Shown here piece by piece: positions 63,874 to 64,000 of a stretch of 64,000 nt of DNA. Under the pieces are notes generated by a model, which saw only the letters and a program-made list of their open reading frames with translations, was not told the origin of the DNA and did not search any database. This DNA comes from Flavobacteriales bacterium (GTDB taxonomy: Bacteria; Bacteroidota; Bacteroidia; Flavobacteriales; JANQLC01): assembly GCA_028280815.1 (NCBI GenBank), contig JANQLC010000008.1:8492-72491 (forward strand), read 5' to 3'. Numbering within the stretch: position 1 is the stretch's first letter; every line of letters begins with the position of its first letter. Position numbers and translations under genes: made by a program.

Positions 63874-64000
63874 TTACTTCTCTCTCCTTTCAATCCGGTA
63901 CGCATGGGATGGGCTCCGCTTGGATCGAGTCTTGTAGCCCTTTGCGGGGAGGCCCCTCCGGGAACGCGGATGGCCGCCCGAAGCTCGTCCTTCACCCCCA
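63874..64000 (-). CDS. rplB: 50S ribosomal protein L2, C-terminal end; start lies beyond the right edge
   Basis: Not in the ORF track. My translation is ..[44 protein letters not shown], a typical L2 C-terminus. Confidence 0.85.
   Translation of the reverse strand, partial: GGEGRASGGHPRSRRGLPAKGYKTRSKRSPSHAYRIERREK

Overview
This 64-kb segment is chromosomal core DNA that reads as a Bacteroidota (Flavobacteriia-like) genome. The evidence is a fused SecDF, DUF3467 directly after rpoC, and two conserved gene orders: xer-like recombinase / hpf / tRNA-Thr-Tyr-Gly-Thr / tuf / tRNA-Trp / secE / nusG / rplKAJL / rpoBC, and nusB / DUF1573 / yajC / YbbR-like / coaE. TAnnTTTG -7 boxes recur upstream of genes. 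There are about 85 genes, nearly all on the minus strand, including rplB..rplQ of the S10-spc-alpha ribosomal cluster. I recovered by hand several genes missing from the ORF track: idi (left edge), rplB (right edge), rpmJ (38 aa) and five tRNAs.

Ordinary features do not explain four ORF-free intergenic islands of about 0.3-1.6 kb. They have extreme strand asymmetry: 75-82% A+C (or G+T) on one strand in 60-nt samples I counted by hand. They share short words. Two of them carry imperfect inverted repeats of about 450 bp that bracket the uvrB / HEPN-like / ychF block, next to a tyrosine recombinase gene.

Low-GC accessory islets hold decaying genes:
- a Fic gene cut by one in-frame TAA between its inhibitory (S/T)xxxE(G/N) helix and a degenerate catalytic motif;
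- a frameshifted Rx4H (HEPN-like) gene;
- two disrupted amidinotransferase-fold genes;
- a lipoprotein gene whose signal peptide depends on an A6 tract.

I saw no CRISPR array, rRNA, transposase or prophage. All family assignments come from motif recognition by eye, since no database search was possible.
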